Below are positions 27,987-41,096 of a stretch of 64,000 bases of DNA, one piece after another. The position numbers were made by a program, and so were the translations under genes. This DNA comes from Hyphomonadaceae bacterium (GTDB taxonomy: Bacteria > Pseudomonadota > Alphaproteobacteria > Caulobacterales > Aquidulcibacteraceae): assembly GCA_050250735.1 (NCBI GenBank), contig JBFWOC010000002.1, positions 56,614 through 120,613 of the forward strand. Direction: 5' to 3'. The notes under the pieces were generated by a model. It had not been told where the DNA came from. It saw nothing but the letters and a program-made list of their open reading frames with translations, and did not search any database. Within the stretch, counting starts at the first letter, position 1; each line of letters begins with the position of its first letter.

Positions 27987-28459
27987 AAATCGAACACCCC
28001 GAGGCCGTGCCATGCGGCTGCGAAGCTCATGGTTCCGACCAGCGCGATCACCGCGAGGATCGCCAGCAGGCCGATCGCCAACAGGGTCAAGGCGCCGATC
28101 CAGGCAATTCGCGAGAGCACCAATGCGGTGTCGTCGCGCTCCTGCTGCGCTTGCCCGGCGCCGATGACACCGAGGACGAAGGCGGCGATGGTCGGGATCA
28201 GCGGTATGACGAAACCGACCACGAGGCAAACGACGCCGACGATACCGAGAATGCGCGAATTGCTTTGCGCCGCCGGGGCCGCTCCCGGCACTGCAAACAC
28301 TGCGCGCGCTTGCGATCCCTCCTCGATGAAATCGACGATCTGTCCCGCGACAGGCGCGCCTGCCGATCGCCACTCGCTCAGCGGGAAATCGAGGCGCCGC
28401 TCGCCATCGCCAAGCAGAACGCCGCGTCCGTCATGAACGCCGAGAATCACACCGCGCAT
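27983..28459 (-). CDS. hypothetical membrane protein
   Basis: 158 aa. A soluble N-terminal beta-rich segment (GVILGVHDGRGVLLGDGERRLDFPLSEW) is followed by 2-3 hydrophobic helices. Confidence 0.55.
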   Translation of the reverse strand: MRGVILGVHDGRGVLLGDGERRLDFPLSEWRSAGAPVAGQIVDFIEEGSQARAVFAVPGAAPAAQSNSRILGIVGVVCLVVGFVIPLIPTIAAFVLGVIGAGQAQQERDDTALVLSRIAWIGALTLLAIGLLAILAVIALVGTMSFAAAWHGLGVFDF

Positions 28460-28503
28460 GGCCGAGAATTACGCTGCCCAAACCCTGCGATCAACGTTCT
28501 GTC

Positions 28504-28806
28504 TCACGTCCCGCGCCGGCAAGTCCATTGCGCGCGGCCTACACGCCAAATGACCTCGTCGCGACCGCCGCTGAGCTCGTGTGTTTCCCGGCGCACGTAG
28601 CGAAAGCGATGATCATTTCCCGCCACGCGGGTAAGACGGATGCTCGGCCGCGCAAAGGGAACGACAGTGGCCGAATGGTCCTCATCATTGAACAGCACCC
28701 GCAACACCGTGCTGTTCGAACACCGATACTGGCGCAGCACGGTTTCCGCCGCCGCTGGGCTGGCGCTGAATGCGAGCAGCAGTGCGAGTGCTGAAATGCG
28801 CTTCAT
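28504..28806 (-). CDS. small secreted protein, MliC-like (lysozyme-inhibitor fold) candidate
   Basis: 100 aa. Signal peptide MKRISALALLLAFSASPAAA, then Y.C..STVLRVLF...ATVV...IRLTRVAG..RF.Y and a C-terminal Cys. The family call is tentative. Confidence 0.45.
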   Translation of the reverse strand: MKRISALALLLAFSASPAAAETVLRQYRCSNSTVLRVLFNDEDHSATVVPFARPSIRLTRVAGNDHRFRYVRRETHELSGGRDEVIWRVGRAQWTCRRGT

Positions 28807-29021
28807 CGGCGCGCTCCTAACCCAAACCCGGCGCGCATGCTAACAGAAGAGCAGAAGCAGGCGCCGCTCACAGCTCTGCGATTACGACGAGGCCGCAGGC
28901 GCCGTCGACGAAGGCGCGCTCGAGGGCGCCAAGCTGGCGAGGCCTTGGCCGGGGCGCCTCGAAACCCCGGAGACCCTCCCCTTGGTTGACGCCGCCGCCA
29001 AGGTCCGCTTGAACCGCCGGC

Positions 29022-29627
29022 ATGGAGCATCTGATCGAAGGCTATCGCATCTATCGGCGGGAGCGCTGGCCTGAGCTGCGCAGCTTGCATCGCGTGCTCG
29101 CCGAGCGCGGACAATCCCCCAAGACGCTGGTCATCGCCTGCGCCGACAGCCGCGTCGATCCGGCGACGATCTTCAACGCTGGTCCGGGCGAACTCTTCGT
29201 CGTGCGCAACGTCGCCAATCTCGCTCCGCCGTTCGAGGACGCGCCCGGGTTCCATGGCGTCAGCGCAGCGATCGAGTTTGCGGTGAAGCAGCTCAAGGTC
29301 GAGACTGTCCTGGTTCTGGGCCACGCCCAATGCGGCGGTGTGGCGGCCGCGCTCGAAGAGCGGGAGCGCGATCCGAATTCATTCCTCGACGCCTGGATCA
29401 GCCTGCTCGACCGGGCCAAATCCCGCATTCCGGCAGACGGCGACCGCGTCACGAAACTCGAACACGAAAGCATCCGCGTGACGCTGGAGAACCTCGCCAC
29501 ATTTCCGTTCATTCAGGATGCGATCACGACTCGCGGGCTTAACCTTATCGGCATGCGCTACGGCGTGGCCGATGGCGGGCTGGAGTTGCTGGATACAGTT
29601 ACCGGCGCCTTCGAACCGGTGCTTTGA
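29022..29627 (+). CDS. beta-class carbonic anhydrase
   Basis: 201 aa. QSPKTLVIACADSRVDP..GELFVVRNVAN..VLGHAQCGG contains the Cys-Asp-Arg / His-x-x-Cys zinc-ligand pattern. Confidence 0.9.
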   Translation: MEHLIEGYRIYRRERWPELRSLHRVLAERGQSPKTLVIACADSRVDPATIFNAGPGELFVVRNVANLAPPFEDAPGFHGVSAAIEFAVKQLKVETVLVLGHAQCGGVAAALEERERDPNSFLDAWISLLDRAKSRIPADGDRVTKLEHESIRVTLENLATFPFIQDAITTRGLNLIGMRYGVADGGLELLDTVTGAFEPVL

Positions 29628-29726
29628 CGCGAATTCACAGTATTGCAGCGCGTACCCGGGTGGCATGCTTTTTGTTCCGTGGTATTGCGGTCACGGTGGC
29701 AGCTGGGACGGGGCGCAGGAGACGTC

Positions 29727-31379
29727 ATGGCGGACGTACTCATCGTATGTGTCCGTGAGGACGAGCCGCAGGCGAAGGCGCTTGCGGACATGTTCGAAGC
29801 TGCCGGTTTTTCCATCGGCGGCGCGCCTTCGAGCGACGGCGCGCTGCGCTCGAGCGGCGCAGGAGTCGTGGTCTGGTCACAGGCCTCGATCCGCTCGCGG
29901 CCGTTTTTGGACGCCGCCCAGCGCGTGATCAACGCTGACAAGGCAGTCGTCGCCAGCCTGATCGAACCGCCGCCGCCGTCGTCGATCGGTTCTTCGCCGG
30001 CGTTCGATCTGTCTCACTGGGACGGCGATCCCAACGATCCGGCGCTCGATCCCCTCTTCTTCGCCGTCGACCGCATGGTTAATACCGCACGCGCGGGCGT
30101 CGGGGCCGCTCAGCGCGAACCGGCGCCGGCCTATGCGCCGCCGCCCCCACGCAGCGCGCCGATCCGCGCCGAACCACCGCCGCGGCGCCAGGAACCGGCA
30201 TATCGGGCGCCGCCTCCCGAACCGCCGCCGAGTTATCGCGTGCCGCCCACTTCCGATCCGCTCGGCTCGGAGGCTGAGCACTGGCGCGCCATCCGCGACA
30301 GCCGCAACCCGTCGGATTTCATGGATTATCTGGCGCGCTACGGTCCCGAGGGCGCTTTTTCGGAGGTCGCCGAACTGCGCTTGAAGCAGCTGACCGGACC
30401 AGGCGATGCGCCTGCGCCGCGACCGGCTGTGCGTCCGCCGCCGCCTGCGCCCCGCGCCGAGGCGCCGCGCCGGACCGAACCGCCGCCGCGCCGTCCGGAT
30501 GCGTTGCCGCCGACGCAGCGCCGCTTGGATCCGCCGCCGAGCCGGCGCCCGCCGATCGACCGCGACTATTCGCGCGATCTGCTCGATCCGCCCAAAGGCC
30601 AGGGCGGCGCCTTGCGCGCCTTCGTGCTGATTGCGCTCTTGGGCGGCGCCGCATTGGCGGGCGGACTCTATTTCGGCGGCGGCATCGGCAATTCGACGCC
30701 TACGTCCGAGCAGGCGGTCGAAACCACGCCGGCCGGCAGCACCGAGCCCGGCTCAGCGCTGGAAGAGGCGCCGAGCGTGCCGTTGTCGGAAGCGCTCACC
30801 ACCGGCCCGGATCGCGAAGCGCAGGCAGCCGCCGCGCGCCAGGAGCGCGAGCGCCAGCAACGCGAGCGTGAACGTGCGGCCGAACGCGAACGCGAACAGC
30901 AAAGGCTCAATCAGGCGGCGCCGAGCACGCAAATCGCCAGCAACACCACCGCCGGCGGCGGTCCGGTGCCGCTGTCGCCGAATGCAAACTCGAGCGCGAC
31001 CACGGCGCCGATACCGCCCGCGGTGCAAACCGCCAATGTCGAGCCGAACATTATCGGTCCCTCGACGCAGCCACAGCCGCAACGCGCGGCCGGCTCGGTG
31101 GTTTGGGCGCAGCGGCCGTCGGGACAGAGTATTCGCGAGCGCTATCCGGATCGCGCCCTGCGTGACGGGGTCGGCGGACGCGTCGTGCTCAATTGCCGCG
31201 TCCTCGGCGATCTCGGCGTCTCGTGCACGGTGACGTCGGAAACGCCGGTGGGCGCCGGTTTCGGCGCAGCCGCGATGCGGGTGGCCAATTCCTACCGCGC
31301 GCGCGCGACGCTCTCTGACGGCTCCAGCGCCGTCGGGGCCAATGCGCGCATCGCCGTGAACTTCCAGGCCCCGCAATAA
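29727..31379 (+). CDS. TIR-like domain / Pro-rich linker / TM / TonB C-terminal domain fusion protein
   Basis: Track ORF 29643..31379; ATG at 29727 has AGGAG upstream. The N-terminus [55 protein letters not shown] is TIR_2-like. One TM helix ([21 protein letters not shown]) follows. The C-terminus [37 protein letters not shown] is TonB_C-like. Confidence 0.7.
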   Translation: MADVLIVCVREDEPQAKALADMFEAAGFSIGGAPSSDGALRSSGAGVVVWSQASIRSRPFLDAAQRVINADKAVVASLIEPPPPSSIGSSPAFDLSHWDGDPNDPALDPLFFAVDRMVNTARAGVGAAQREPAPAYAPPPPRSAPIRAEPPPRRQEPAYRAPPPEPPPSYRVPPTSDPLGSEAEHWRAIRDSRNPSDFMDYLARYGPEGAFSEVAELRLKQLTGPGDAPAPRPAVRPPPPAPRAEAPRRTEPPPRRPDALPPTQRRLDPPPSRRPPIDRDYSRDLLDPPKGQGGALRAFVLIALLGGAALAGGLYFGGGIGNSTPTSEQAVETTPAGSTEPGSALEEAPSVPLSEALTTGPDREAQAAAARQERERQQRERERAAEREREQQRLNQAAPSTQIASNTTAGGGPVPLSPNANSSATTAPIPPAVQTANVEPNIIGPSTQPQPQRAAGSVVWAQRPSGQSIRERYPDRALRDGVGGRVVLNCRVLGDLGVSCTVTSETPVGAGFGAAAMRVANSYRARATLSDGSSAVGANARIAVNFQAPQ

Positions 31380-31729
31380 TGCTGCTGACATTGCTGAAAG
31401 CGAAGCTGCATCGCGCGCGCGTGACGCAATGCGATCTCAATTACGAAGGTTCGATCTCCATCGACGCAGAACTGATGGAACGGGCCGCCATCCTGCCGCA
31501 CGAGCAGGTGGACGTGCTGAACATCAACACCGGCGCCCGTTTCACCACCTACGCGATCGAGGCGCCGCGGGGATCGAAGAGGTTCGGCATCAACGGCGCA
31601 GCGGCGCGGCTGGCGCAGATCGGCGATCCGATCATCGTCATCGCCTATTGTCAGCTGCCGGCCGAGGAAGCGCGGAACTACAGCCCGAACGTTGTTCTGC
31701 TCGATGAGCAGAACAACGTGCTGGGCTGA
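31379..31729 (+). CDS. panD: aspartate 1-decarboxylase
   Basis: 116 aa. [29 protein letters not shown] carries the Gly-Ser self-processing site. Its ATG shares one base with the upstream TAA (TAATG). Confidence 0.95.
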   Translation: MLLTLLKAKLHRARVTQCDLNYEGSISIDAELMERAAILPHEQVDVLNINTGARFTTYAIEAPRGSKRFGINGAAARLAQIGDPIIVIAYCQLPAEEARNYSPNVVLLDEQNNVLG

Positions 31730-31766
31730 AGCAGGTCCTGTCCCTACTGCCTCCTGCCGATCGCCG

Positions 31767-33596
31767 TCAGTGCGTCAGCCGGAGCGAGCCGATGCCGCTG
31801 CCGATCGCATCGAACGCATCCGACAATTCCTGCGCGTTGTCGGCGCGGAAGAAGTGGTCATTGCCGGAGGCGCAATTGCGCATGATGTTTTCGGTGGCCT
31901 GATCGGTCTCACGGAAAATCACCGTGTAGATTTCGATATCGGAGTTCTTGATGTTGGTGCAGAGCTGGGCCTGGCGGCTGTTCACGTAGCTCACGTAATT
32001 GGTCGAACTGGTGATGTTGCGCCGGTACTGCGCCGGCAGGATGCCGTGCAGAATGGCGCCGACCAACTGCCCCATCACGTTGCCGTTCACATAGTCGCGC
32101 CAGAAGCCCATGTGGTTATAGGCGGAATAATCCGACGCCATCAGCGGATCGTTGCCGACATTGGTGTTCTCGCCGTCGGACATGAGCACGATCACTTTGC
32201 GCACGTTGGGACCGTAAGCGGCGCCTTCGGTGAAGGGCGGAGTCGGTGAAAGCACGCGCCAGCCCCAAGCCAGGCCCTCGGCCTGGTTGGTGCCGCCGCC
32301 GCTCCAATGCCGCATCGCGGCGATGTTGGTTTGAATCGTGCTGTCATTGGTCGTGAGCGGCACGATCGGCGTCGGGCAACCGCGGTTGGGGCCGCGCGTG
32401 TCGGGCGCCGTAATATCCAGCGACACGCTGCTGTTGCGGAACTTGTAGGGGTTGAACATGTGCGCCATGGCTTGCTGATCCGGCGACCCGCCGCCAGCGC
32501 TCATCGACGTGGTCATGGTGAGGCCGGAAATGTCGCCGTTGTCGTCGTCCATGTAATTGTTAGACGTATTGCTGTTGCCGTCCGGATTGTGGTCGCTGTC
32601 GAGCGTATCGAGCCAGAAGAACGGCACGAACATGGTTGCGGGAACGCCGCCGTTGGGCGCAGCATCGTTGATGTCGTACGGCTCGGGGCGCGCTTCGACG
32701 CAGCCCTTCCAGTCTTCATTCGAAATGCGATCGAAGAGCGTGAAATAGTTGACGCCGTCGGTGGGCGTCCAGGCGTAGCATCGGGTGCTTGCGCCATTGC
32801 CGCCGCCGGTGACGCCGCCGAGCAGACCGCCGCCACGGCGCCAAGTGATCGGGTAGGCGCTGCCGGCCGGCGGCGCCGGCATGCCGCTGGTGCAATTGCT
32901 GGTGCCGCTCTGCGAGCGGTGACCGATCGAACGGTCCTCGAGCAATTCGCCATTATATGGCGCTGTGCCTGCCTGATCCATCCAGGCCAAGTGGCTTTGC
33001 TCGTTGCCGATGTTCACCTGCGCTACGAATGGCACCAGGGCGACGCGCACGGTGTCGCCGTCGAGCGAAAGCAGGTCGCCCGCGAGGTCGGACGCCGCGG
33101 TGCGCAGCGCGTCCATGTCATTGGCCATCGAGCCTGTATTGTCGAGCACCAGCGCAACTTCGATTGGCGGGCTGGCTTGCGCTTGCGCCTCGGCCTCGAC
33201 GCCGATGATCCAATCGTCGTCATTGACGATACGCGCCAAGCTCATCGGCATCGGCGCACGCGCCTCGACTCGGTGGCCGCCGCCCTCCATTGGCTGCACC
33301 GACAACGAAACGTTGCTGATCATGTTGCCGACTTCGGCGTCGAAGAAGGCGCGCGCGGCAGCCTGGCGTTGCGCGAGCGGCAGATCGGCGCTGCGTTCGG
33401 CCACCAGGGCCGCGCCATCGACCGCGTTCTGCATGGCGTTGCGGATCGATTGGGCGCGGGTGAAATCCACCGTGACCCCGATCAGGCCCACCAGCACGGT
33501 GCCCATCAGGCCCCACATCATCGCCACGTTGCCGCTGCGATCTTTCAGCAAGCTCCGCGTCGAACGCGTTCCGTTTACTCGGGTCATCTGCCACAC
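31767..33596 (-). CDS. TadE/TadG-like N-terminal domain plus von Willebrand A domain protein (paralogue 1)
   Basis: 609 aa. RSGNVAMMWGLMGTVLVGLIGVTVDFTRA is a TadG-like anchor. VALVLDNTGSM is MIDAS-like. The C-terminus is IYTVIF..DHFFRADNAQELSDAFDAIG. Confidence 0.8.
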   Translation of the reverse strand: MWQMTRVNGTRSTRSLLKDRSGNVAMMWGLMGTVLVGLIGVTVDFTRAQSIRNAMQNAVDGAALVAERSADLPLAQRQAAARAFFDAEVGNMISNVSLSVQPMEGGGHRVEARAPMPMSLARIVNDDDWIIGVEAEAQAQASPPIEVALVLDNTGSMANDMDALRTAASDLAGDLLSLDGDTVRVALVPFVAQVNIGNEQSHLAWMDQAGTAPYNGELLEDRSIGHRSQSGTSNCTSGMPAPPAGSAYPITWRRGGGLLGGVTGGGNGASTRCYAWTPTDGVNYFTLFDRISNEDWKGCVEARPEPYDINDAAPNGGVPATMFVPFFWLDTLDSDHNPDGNSNTSNNYMDDDNGDISGLTMTTSMSAGGGSPDQQAMAHMFNPYKFRNSSVSLDITAPDTRGPNRGCPTPIVPLTTNDSTIQTNIAAMRHWSGGGTNQAEGLAWGWRVLSPTPPFTEGAAYGPNVRKVIVLMSDGENTNVGNDPLMASDYSAYNHMGFWRDYVNGNVMGQLVGAILHGILPAQYRRNITSSTNYVSYVNSRQAQLCTNIKNSDIEIYTVIFRETDQATENIMRNCASGNDHFFRADNAQELSDAFDAIGSGIGSLRLTH

Positions 33597-33679
33597 CCAG
33601 TGCGTGTTTGGCAGATACGAATAGCAAAGAAGCGCTAATATTCCGCTCAGAGGGATGGTGAACGATTGCTTGCGCCGAC

Positions 33680-35503
33680 TCAGTGGGTCAGCCGCAGTTG
33701 GCCGATGCCGCTGCCGATGGCGCCAAACGCGTCCTGCAGTTCCTGCGCGTTATCGGCGCTGAAATAGTGCCGGCCATCCTGAGTCACACAATCTTCCAGC
33801 AATTGCTCGGCGACCCCGCCCGAGGCGATGTCGTACCCGATCGCATAAATCTCGATACCCTGATTGCGGATCGCCTGACACAACTGCAGCTGACGGTTAT
33901 TGAAGTACGTAACGGTCGAGGACGACGACGTGTTGATGCCGCTGCGCTGCCATGTTGGGGCAATCGCTGCGCTCCACGTCGCGGTCGACCCGCTCACCGT
34001 GGGCACATCGGCGGTTTGATAGGTGCTGAACAAGCGCCGGTAGCCGAGGCCAGCGTAATCGGACAGCATCGAAGAATTGTTGCTGTCGAGCGAGGTGTTG
34101 TCGCCGTCGGTGAACAGCACGATCACCTTGCGTACGGGATCGTTGGGATCGTTATAAGGGCGGCCTTCGGTGAACGGGGCGCCGGGCGATATCACGCGCC
34201 ACGCCCAAGCCAAGCCTTCGATCTGGTTCGTGCCGCCGCCATTCCAATGCACCATGCTCTGAATGCCATTGGCGATGGTGCTTTCATTGGTGGTAAGCGG
34301 CACGATTGGCGTCGGGCAGCCCCGGTTAGGCCCCTGCCCGCTCGTATTGCCGGTGTTGATGCTGGCCGAAACCCCTGACCGGTATTTGTAAACTGAAAGC
34401 GTCCGAACGACGTTCGTGGCGGTGTTCGCGGTCCAGGTCGGCGAACCCGAAAGTGCGAGCGGATTGGTCGTGTCGTACGTCGTCGACGTGATCCAGTTGT
34501 TGTCCGGGCTGGAAACATCGCCGCCGTCGTCGAGCGAGAAGAATGGCACCCAGCGCGTCGCCGGTGTTCCGGCATTGGGGGCAGCGTCGCTGATGTCATA
34601 GGGCGGCGGACGCATTTCGACACAACCGCCCCACCGCGCGTTGCTCGGCAGGTTGGCGTAGAGCGACCACACATTCACGTTCGCAGGGGAGAACGCGTAG
34701 CAGCGACCGGTGTTCTGGTAGCTCGACGGATAGGACGCGTTGCCTTTGATCCAACGTACCTCGAATCCGCCGAAGGTCGTTGGATACGCCGCGCCGGTGC
34801 ACGATCCGCTGGTTGTATTGCGATATCCGAGATAGCGGCCCTCGAGCATCGCCCCGTTGTAGGGATTCGTTCCGGTCGTATCCAACCAGGAGGAGTGACT
34901 TGTGCCGATGTTCACCTGAGCAACGAACGGCACCAGACCCACGCTCACGGTGTCGCCGTCGAGCCCCATCAGGAATTCCGCCAGATCCTGGGCGCCATCC
35001 CGCAGCGCATCCATGTCGTTCGACATCGAACCGGTATTATCGAGCGCGAGCACGACTTCGATCGGGGGGCTGGCATTGGCTTGGGCTTCGGCGGCGACCC
35101 GAACGTTCCATGCATCGGGGCTGACGATGCCGCCCAAACTCATGGTCAACGGCGCGCGGGCTTCGACGCGGTGGCCGCCGTCATCCAGTTCGACCACGGA
35201 GAAGCTCAGATTGGAGATCGATGCCCCGACCTCGGCGTCGAAGAAAGCGCGGGCTGCCGCGGTGCGTTCAGCCATTGTGAGGTTGGAACTGCGCTCGGCT
35301 ACGAGAACCGCGCCGTCGACGGCGTTCTGCATGGCGGAGCGCATCGATTGCGCACGTGTGAAGTCCACGGTCACGCCGATGAGGCCGATAAGGACTGTGC
35401 CCATCAGCCCCCACATCATGGCCACGTTGCCTGCGTTGTCGCTTGCGAACGGACGCCGAGTGATGGATTTGGTGAACGCCCCGACTACCATTTTTGGCCC
35501 CAA
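33680..35503 (-). CDS. TadE/TadG-like N-terminal domain plus von Willebrand A domain protein (paralogue 2)
   Basis: 607 aa with the same architecture. The N- and C-terminal thirds are highly similar to 31767..33596, while the central part is divergent. Confidence 0.8.
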   Translation of the reverse strand: MGPKMVVGAFTKSITRRPFASDNAGNVAMMWGLMGTVLIGLIGVTVDFTRAQSMRSAMQNAVDGAVLVAERSSNLTMAERTAAARAFFDAEVGASISNLSFSVVELDDGGHRVEARAPLTMSLGGIVSPDAWNVRVAAEAQANASPPIEVVLALDNTGSMSNDMDALRDGAQDLAEFLMGLDGDTVSVGLVPFVAQVNIGTSHSSWLDTTGTNPYNGAMLEGRYLGYRNTTSGSCTGAAYPTTFGGFEVRWIKGNASYPSSYQNTGRCYAFSPANVNVWSLYANLPSNARWGGCVEMRPPPYDISDAAPNAGTPATRWVPFFSLDDGGDVSSPDNNWITSTTYDTTNPLALSGSPTWTANTATNVVRTLSVYKYRSGVSASINTGNTSGQGPNRGCPTPIVPLTTNESTIANGIQSMVHWNGGGTNQIEGLAWAWRVISPGAPFTEGRPYNDPNDPVRKVIVLFTDGDNTSLDSNNSSMLSDYAGLGYRRLFSTYQTADVPTVSGSTATWSAAIAPTWQRSGINTSSSSTVTYFNNRQLQLCQAIRNQGIEIYAIGYDIASGGVAEQLLEDCVTQDGRHYFSADNAQELQDAFGAIGSGIGQLRLTH

Positions 35504-35609
35504 AACCGATACTTAGGGACCATAAGCGGTATCAGAATGCGCTTAACATCTGATATTGAACACGTGGTGAATGGAACTTTTTGCTTGCGCCGCCGCGTTC
35601 TTTGCTATT

Positions 35610-35625
35610 AAAGTGATATCACTTT
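35610..35625. promoter_or_regulatory. perfect 16-bp palindrome, candidate operator
   Basis: AAAGTGATATCACTTT lies about 20 nt upstream of the SPFH gene ATG (35647), in an operon that itself encodes an RHH protein. Confidence 0.45.
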
Positions 35626-35646
35626 GATGGCATGAGAGGGTATGTC

Positions 35647-36537
35647 ATGGCCGCTGCCGAGCTGAACCGCACCCAAGAACGCAAAGCCAATACGTCGAAT
35701 GGGGGGATGATGCTGCTTCTCACCCTGTTGCTATTGGCCGGGCTGATCTGGGTCACTGTCGACCTCATCCGCAACGAAAGCGCCTTCAACGGCATCGCCG
35801 TGCTGGTGCTGGCCTTAGCGTTCGTCTTGGCGCTGTGCGGCTTCTACACGCTGCAGCCGAACGAAGGCGCGGCGATCACGCTGTTCGGCAATTACAAGGG
35901 CACCGACCGCCAGCCCGGCCTGCGCTGGGTCGTGCCGTGGTACGGGCGCAAGAAGATCAGCCTGCGCGTGCGCAACGTCACCGGCGAGAAGCTCAAGGTG
36001 AACGACAAGCGCGGCAATCCGATCGAGATCGCCGCCGTCGTGGTCTGGCGCGTCACCGACACCGCCCAGGCGCTGTTCGACGTCGACCAATACCAGACCT
36101 TTGTCGACATCCAGATCGAAACCGCCGTACGCGAGATCGCCAGCCACTTCGCCTATGACCACGCCGAGCACGACGAGCCGACGCTGCGCGGCGACGCCGA
36201 TCAGGTCTCGGCCCTGCTGCGGGAGAAGCTGCAGGAGCGTGTCGCGGTGGCCGGCGTCATTATCGACGAAACCAAGCTCAGCCACCTCGCCTACGCGCCG
36301 GAAATCGCCAGCGCGATGTTGCGCCGCCAACAGGCGGAAGCCGTGCTCGCCGCACGCCGCTTCATCGTCCAAGGCGCAGTCGAGATGGTGGAGCATGCGC
36401 TCGAACAGCTGAGCGAACGCGAGATCGTCAAGCTCGACGACGAACGCCGCGCCACCATGGTGTCGAACCTGCTGGTGGTGCTCTGCGGCGACCGCGACGC
36501 CCAGCCGGTCGTGAACACGGGCTCGCTTTACCAATAG
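35647..36537 (+). CDS. SPFH/band-7 (stomatin/prohibitin-like) domain membrane protein
   Basis: Track ORF 35632..36537; ATG at 35647 has GAGAGGG upstream. N-terminal TM helices are followed by [55 protein letters not shown]. Confidence 0.8.
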   Translation: MAAAELNRTQERKANTSNGGMMLLLTLLLLAGLIWVTVDLIRNESAFNGIAVLVLALAFVLALCGFYTLQPNEGAAITLFGNYKGTDRQPGLRWVVPWYGRKKISLRVRNVTGEKLKVNDKRGNPIEIAAVVVWRVTDTAQALFDVDQYQTFVDIQIETAVREIASHFAYDHAEHDEPTLRGDADQVSALLREKLQERVAVAGVIIDETKLSHLAYAPEIASAMLRRQQAEAVLAARRFIVQGAVEMVEHALEQLSEREIVKLDDERRATMVSNLLVVLCGDRDAQPVVNTGSLYQ

Positions 36538-36546
36538 GCGCGGGCA

Positions 36547-36741
36547 ATGGCTGCAGAACGCAAAGCCTTCGCGCTCAGGCTCGATCCGGCGCTGCACGAC
36601 GCCATCGCCAGACTGGCGGGCGCCGAACTGCGCAGCGTCAATGCGGAAATCGAGTTCCTGCTGCGCGAAGCCCTGCGCGCGCGAGGGCTGAAGCTCGGAG
36701 ACGGCAGTACAACCAAAGACGACAATGACGGGGGTGCATGA
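36547..36741 (+). CDS. Arc/MetJ-type ribbon-helix-helix DNA-binding protein
   Basis: 64 aa. KAFALRLDPALHDAIARLAGAELRSVNAEIEFLLREAL is RHH-like. It lies 10 nt after the SPFH stop and has a 4-nt ATGA overlap with the next gene. Confidence 0.7.
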   Translation: MAAERKAFALRLDPALHDAIARLAGAELRSVNAEIEFLLREALRARGLKLGDGSTTKDDNDGGA

Positions 36742-37625
36742 TGTCAACGACCAACAAATCCATCATCTTCCTAGGCCTCGCGTTCGCCATCAGCTGGGCG
36801 GTCGCCATCGGCGCGCACGTCGCCGGATTTTCGCAGAACCCACAATTCGCCGTGCCGATCCTGGCGCTGATGATGACGGGCCCGGCAATCGCGGCGTTGG
36901 TCTGCGTCTTCGCGTTCGAGAAAGGACGGCGCGCCGAAGCCCTCGGCCTCAAGTTCAAGCCGAATATCTGGTGGCTTTGGGCCTGGCTGATCCCGATTGG
37001 CGTGGCGTTGGTTTCAGTGCTGGCGACAGTGCTGCTTTCGGACCGCACCTATGTCGATATCGGCGAAGCCACGCGTCAGGCCGCCGAAGCGCAGGGCCAA
37101 GACTTGAGCACGGCGCCGCCGTTCCTGCTCAGCACCGTTTTCATCGTCGGCGCAGCGGTCGTGCTCGGCTCGCTGATCAACATGCCGATCCTCACCTTCA
37201 CCGAAGAACTGGGCTGGCGCGGCTATCTGCATGACCTTTGGCGCCCGTCAGGGTTCTGGCGCGCGTCGCTCGGCGCCGGCGCCGTGTGGGGACTATGGCA
37301 TGCGCCGGCGATCTACTTCTACGGCCTCAACTATCCGGCCAATCGCGAACTTGGCCTTGGACTGTTCGTCGTCTTCTGCATGCTGATGTCGCCGATCATG
37401 ACTTTGGTGCGCGACCGCGCCGGCTCGGTATGGGCGGCGGGGCTCTTCCACGGCACGATCAACGCCGTCGGCGGGCTCACCATCGCTGCGCTCTCCAACC
37501 CCACCTTCCCGTGGAACGGCATTGTCGGCATCGGCGGCTATGTCGCGTTGGCGCTGGGCGTCGTGCTGGTGATTATCTTGCGGCGCGGCGCCGCCGGAAC
37601 CGCGCCTGCGCCAGCTCAAGCTTGA
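36738..37625 (+). CDS. CPBP family intramembrane glutamic endopeptidase (CAAX protease/Abi-like)
   Basis: 295 aa and polytopic. FTEELGWRGYL (EExxxR motif), WGLWHAP and LFHGTINA (H motifs). Confidence 0.8.
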   Translation: MMSTTNKSIIFLGLAFAISWAVAIGAHVAGFSQNPQFAVPILALMMTGPAIAALVCVFAFEKGRRAEALGLKFKPNIWWLWAWLIPIGVALVSVLATVLLSDRTYVDIGEATRQAAEAQGQDLSTAPPFLLSTVFIVGAAVVLGSLINMPILTFTEELGWRGYLHDLWRPSGFWRASLGAGAVWGLWHAPAIYFYGLNYPANRELGLGLFVVFCMLMSPIMTLVRDRAGSVWAAGLFHGTINAVGGLTIAALSNPTFPWNGIVGIGGYVALALGVVLVIILRRGAAGTAPAPAQA

Positions 37626-37758
37626 GCGGCGCACCGCCACGACAGCCGTCGCAGCAGCGTAAGGCTGCCCTGCCCTTGCACGGGGCCGCCGCGGGGCTTA
37701 AGCACGCGCGATCCGCCGAATGGATCGATTCTAGCCGCACAAAAGCGGGCGGAGACGC

Positions 37759-41037
<3,279 letters not shown>

Positions 41038-41096
41038 CGTAGGACCGGGCCGGATACACATTTTTCGCTCCTAGACGGACTATTTACACCACACCC

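Noticed and set aside
32307-35611. Plus-strand ORFs (443 aa, 238 aa and others) opposite the two TadG-like genes
   Set aside because: These are shadow ORFs. The minus-strand frames carry TadG anchor and VWA motifs and are paralogous to each other.
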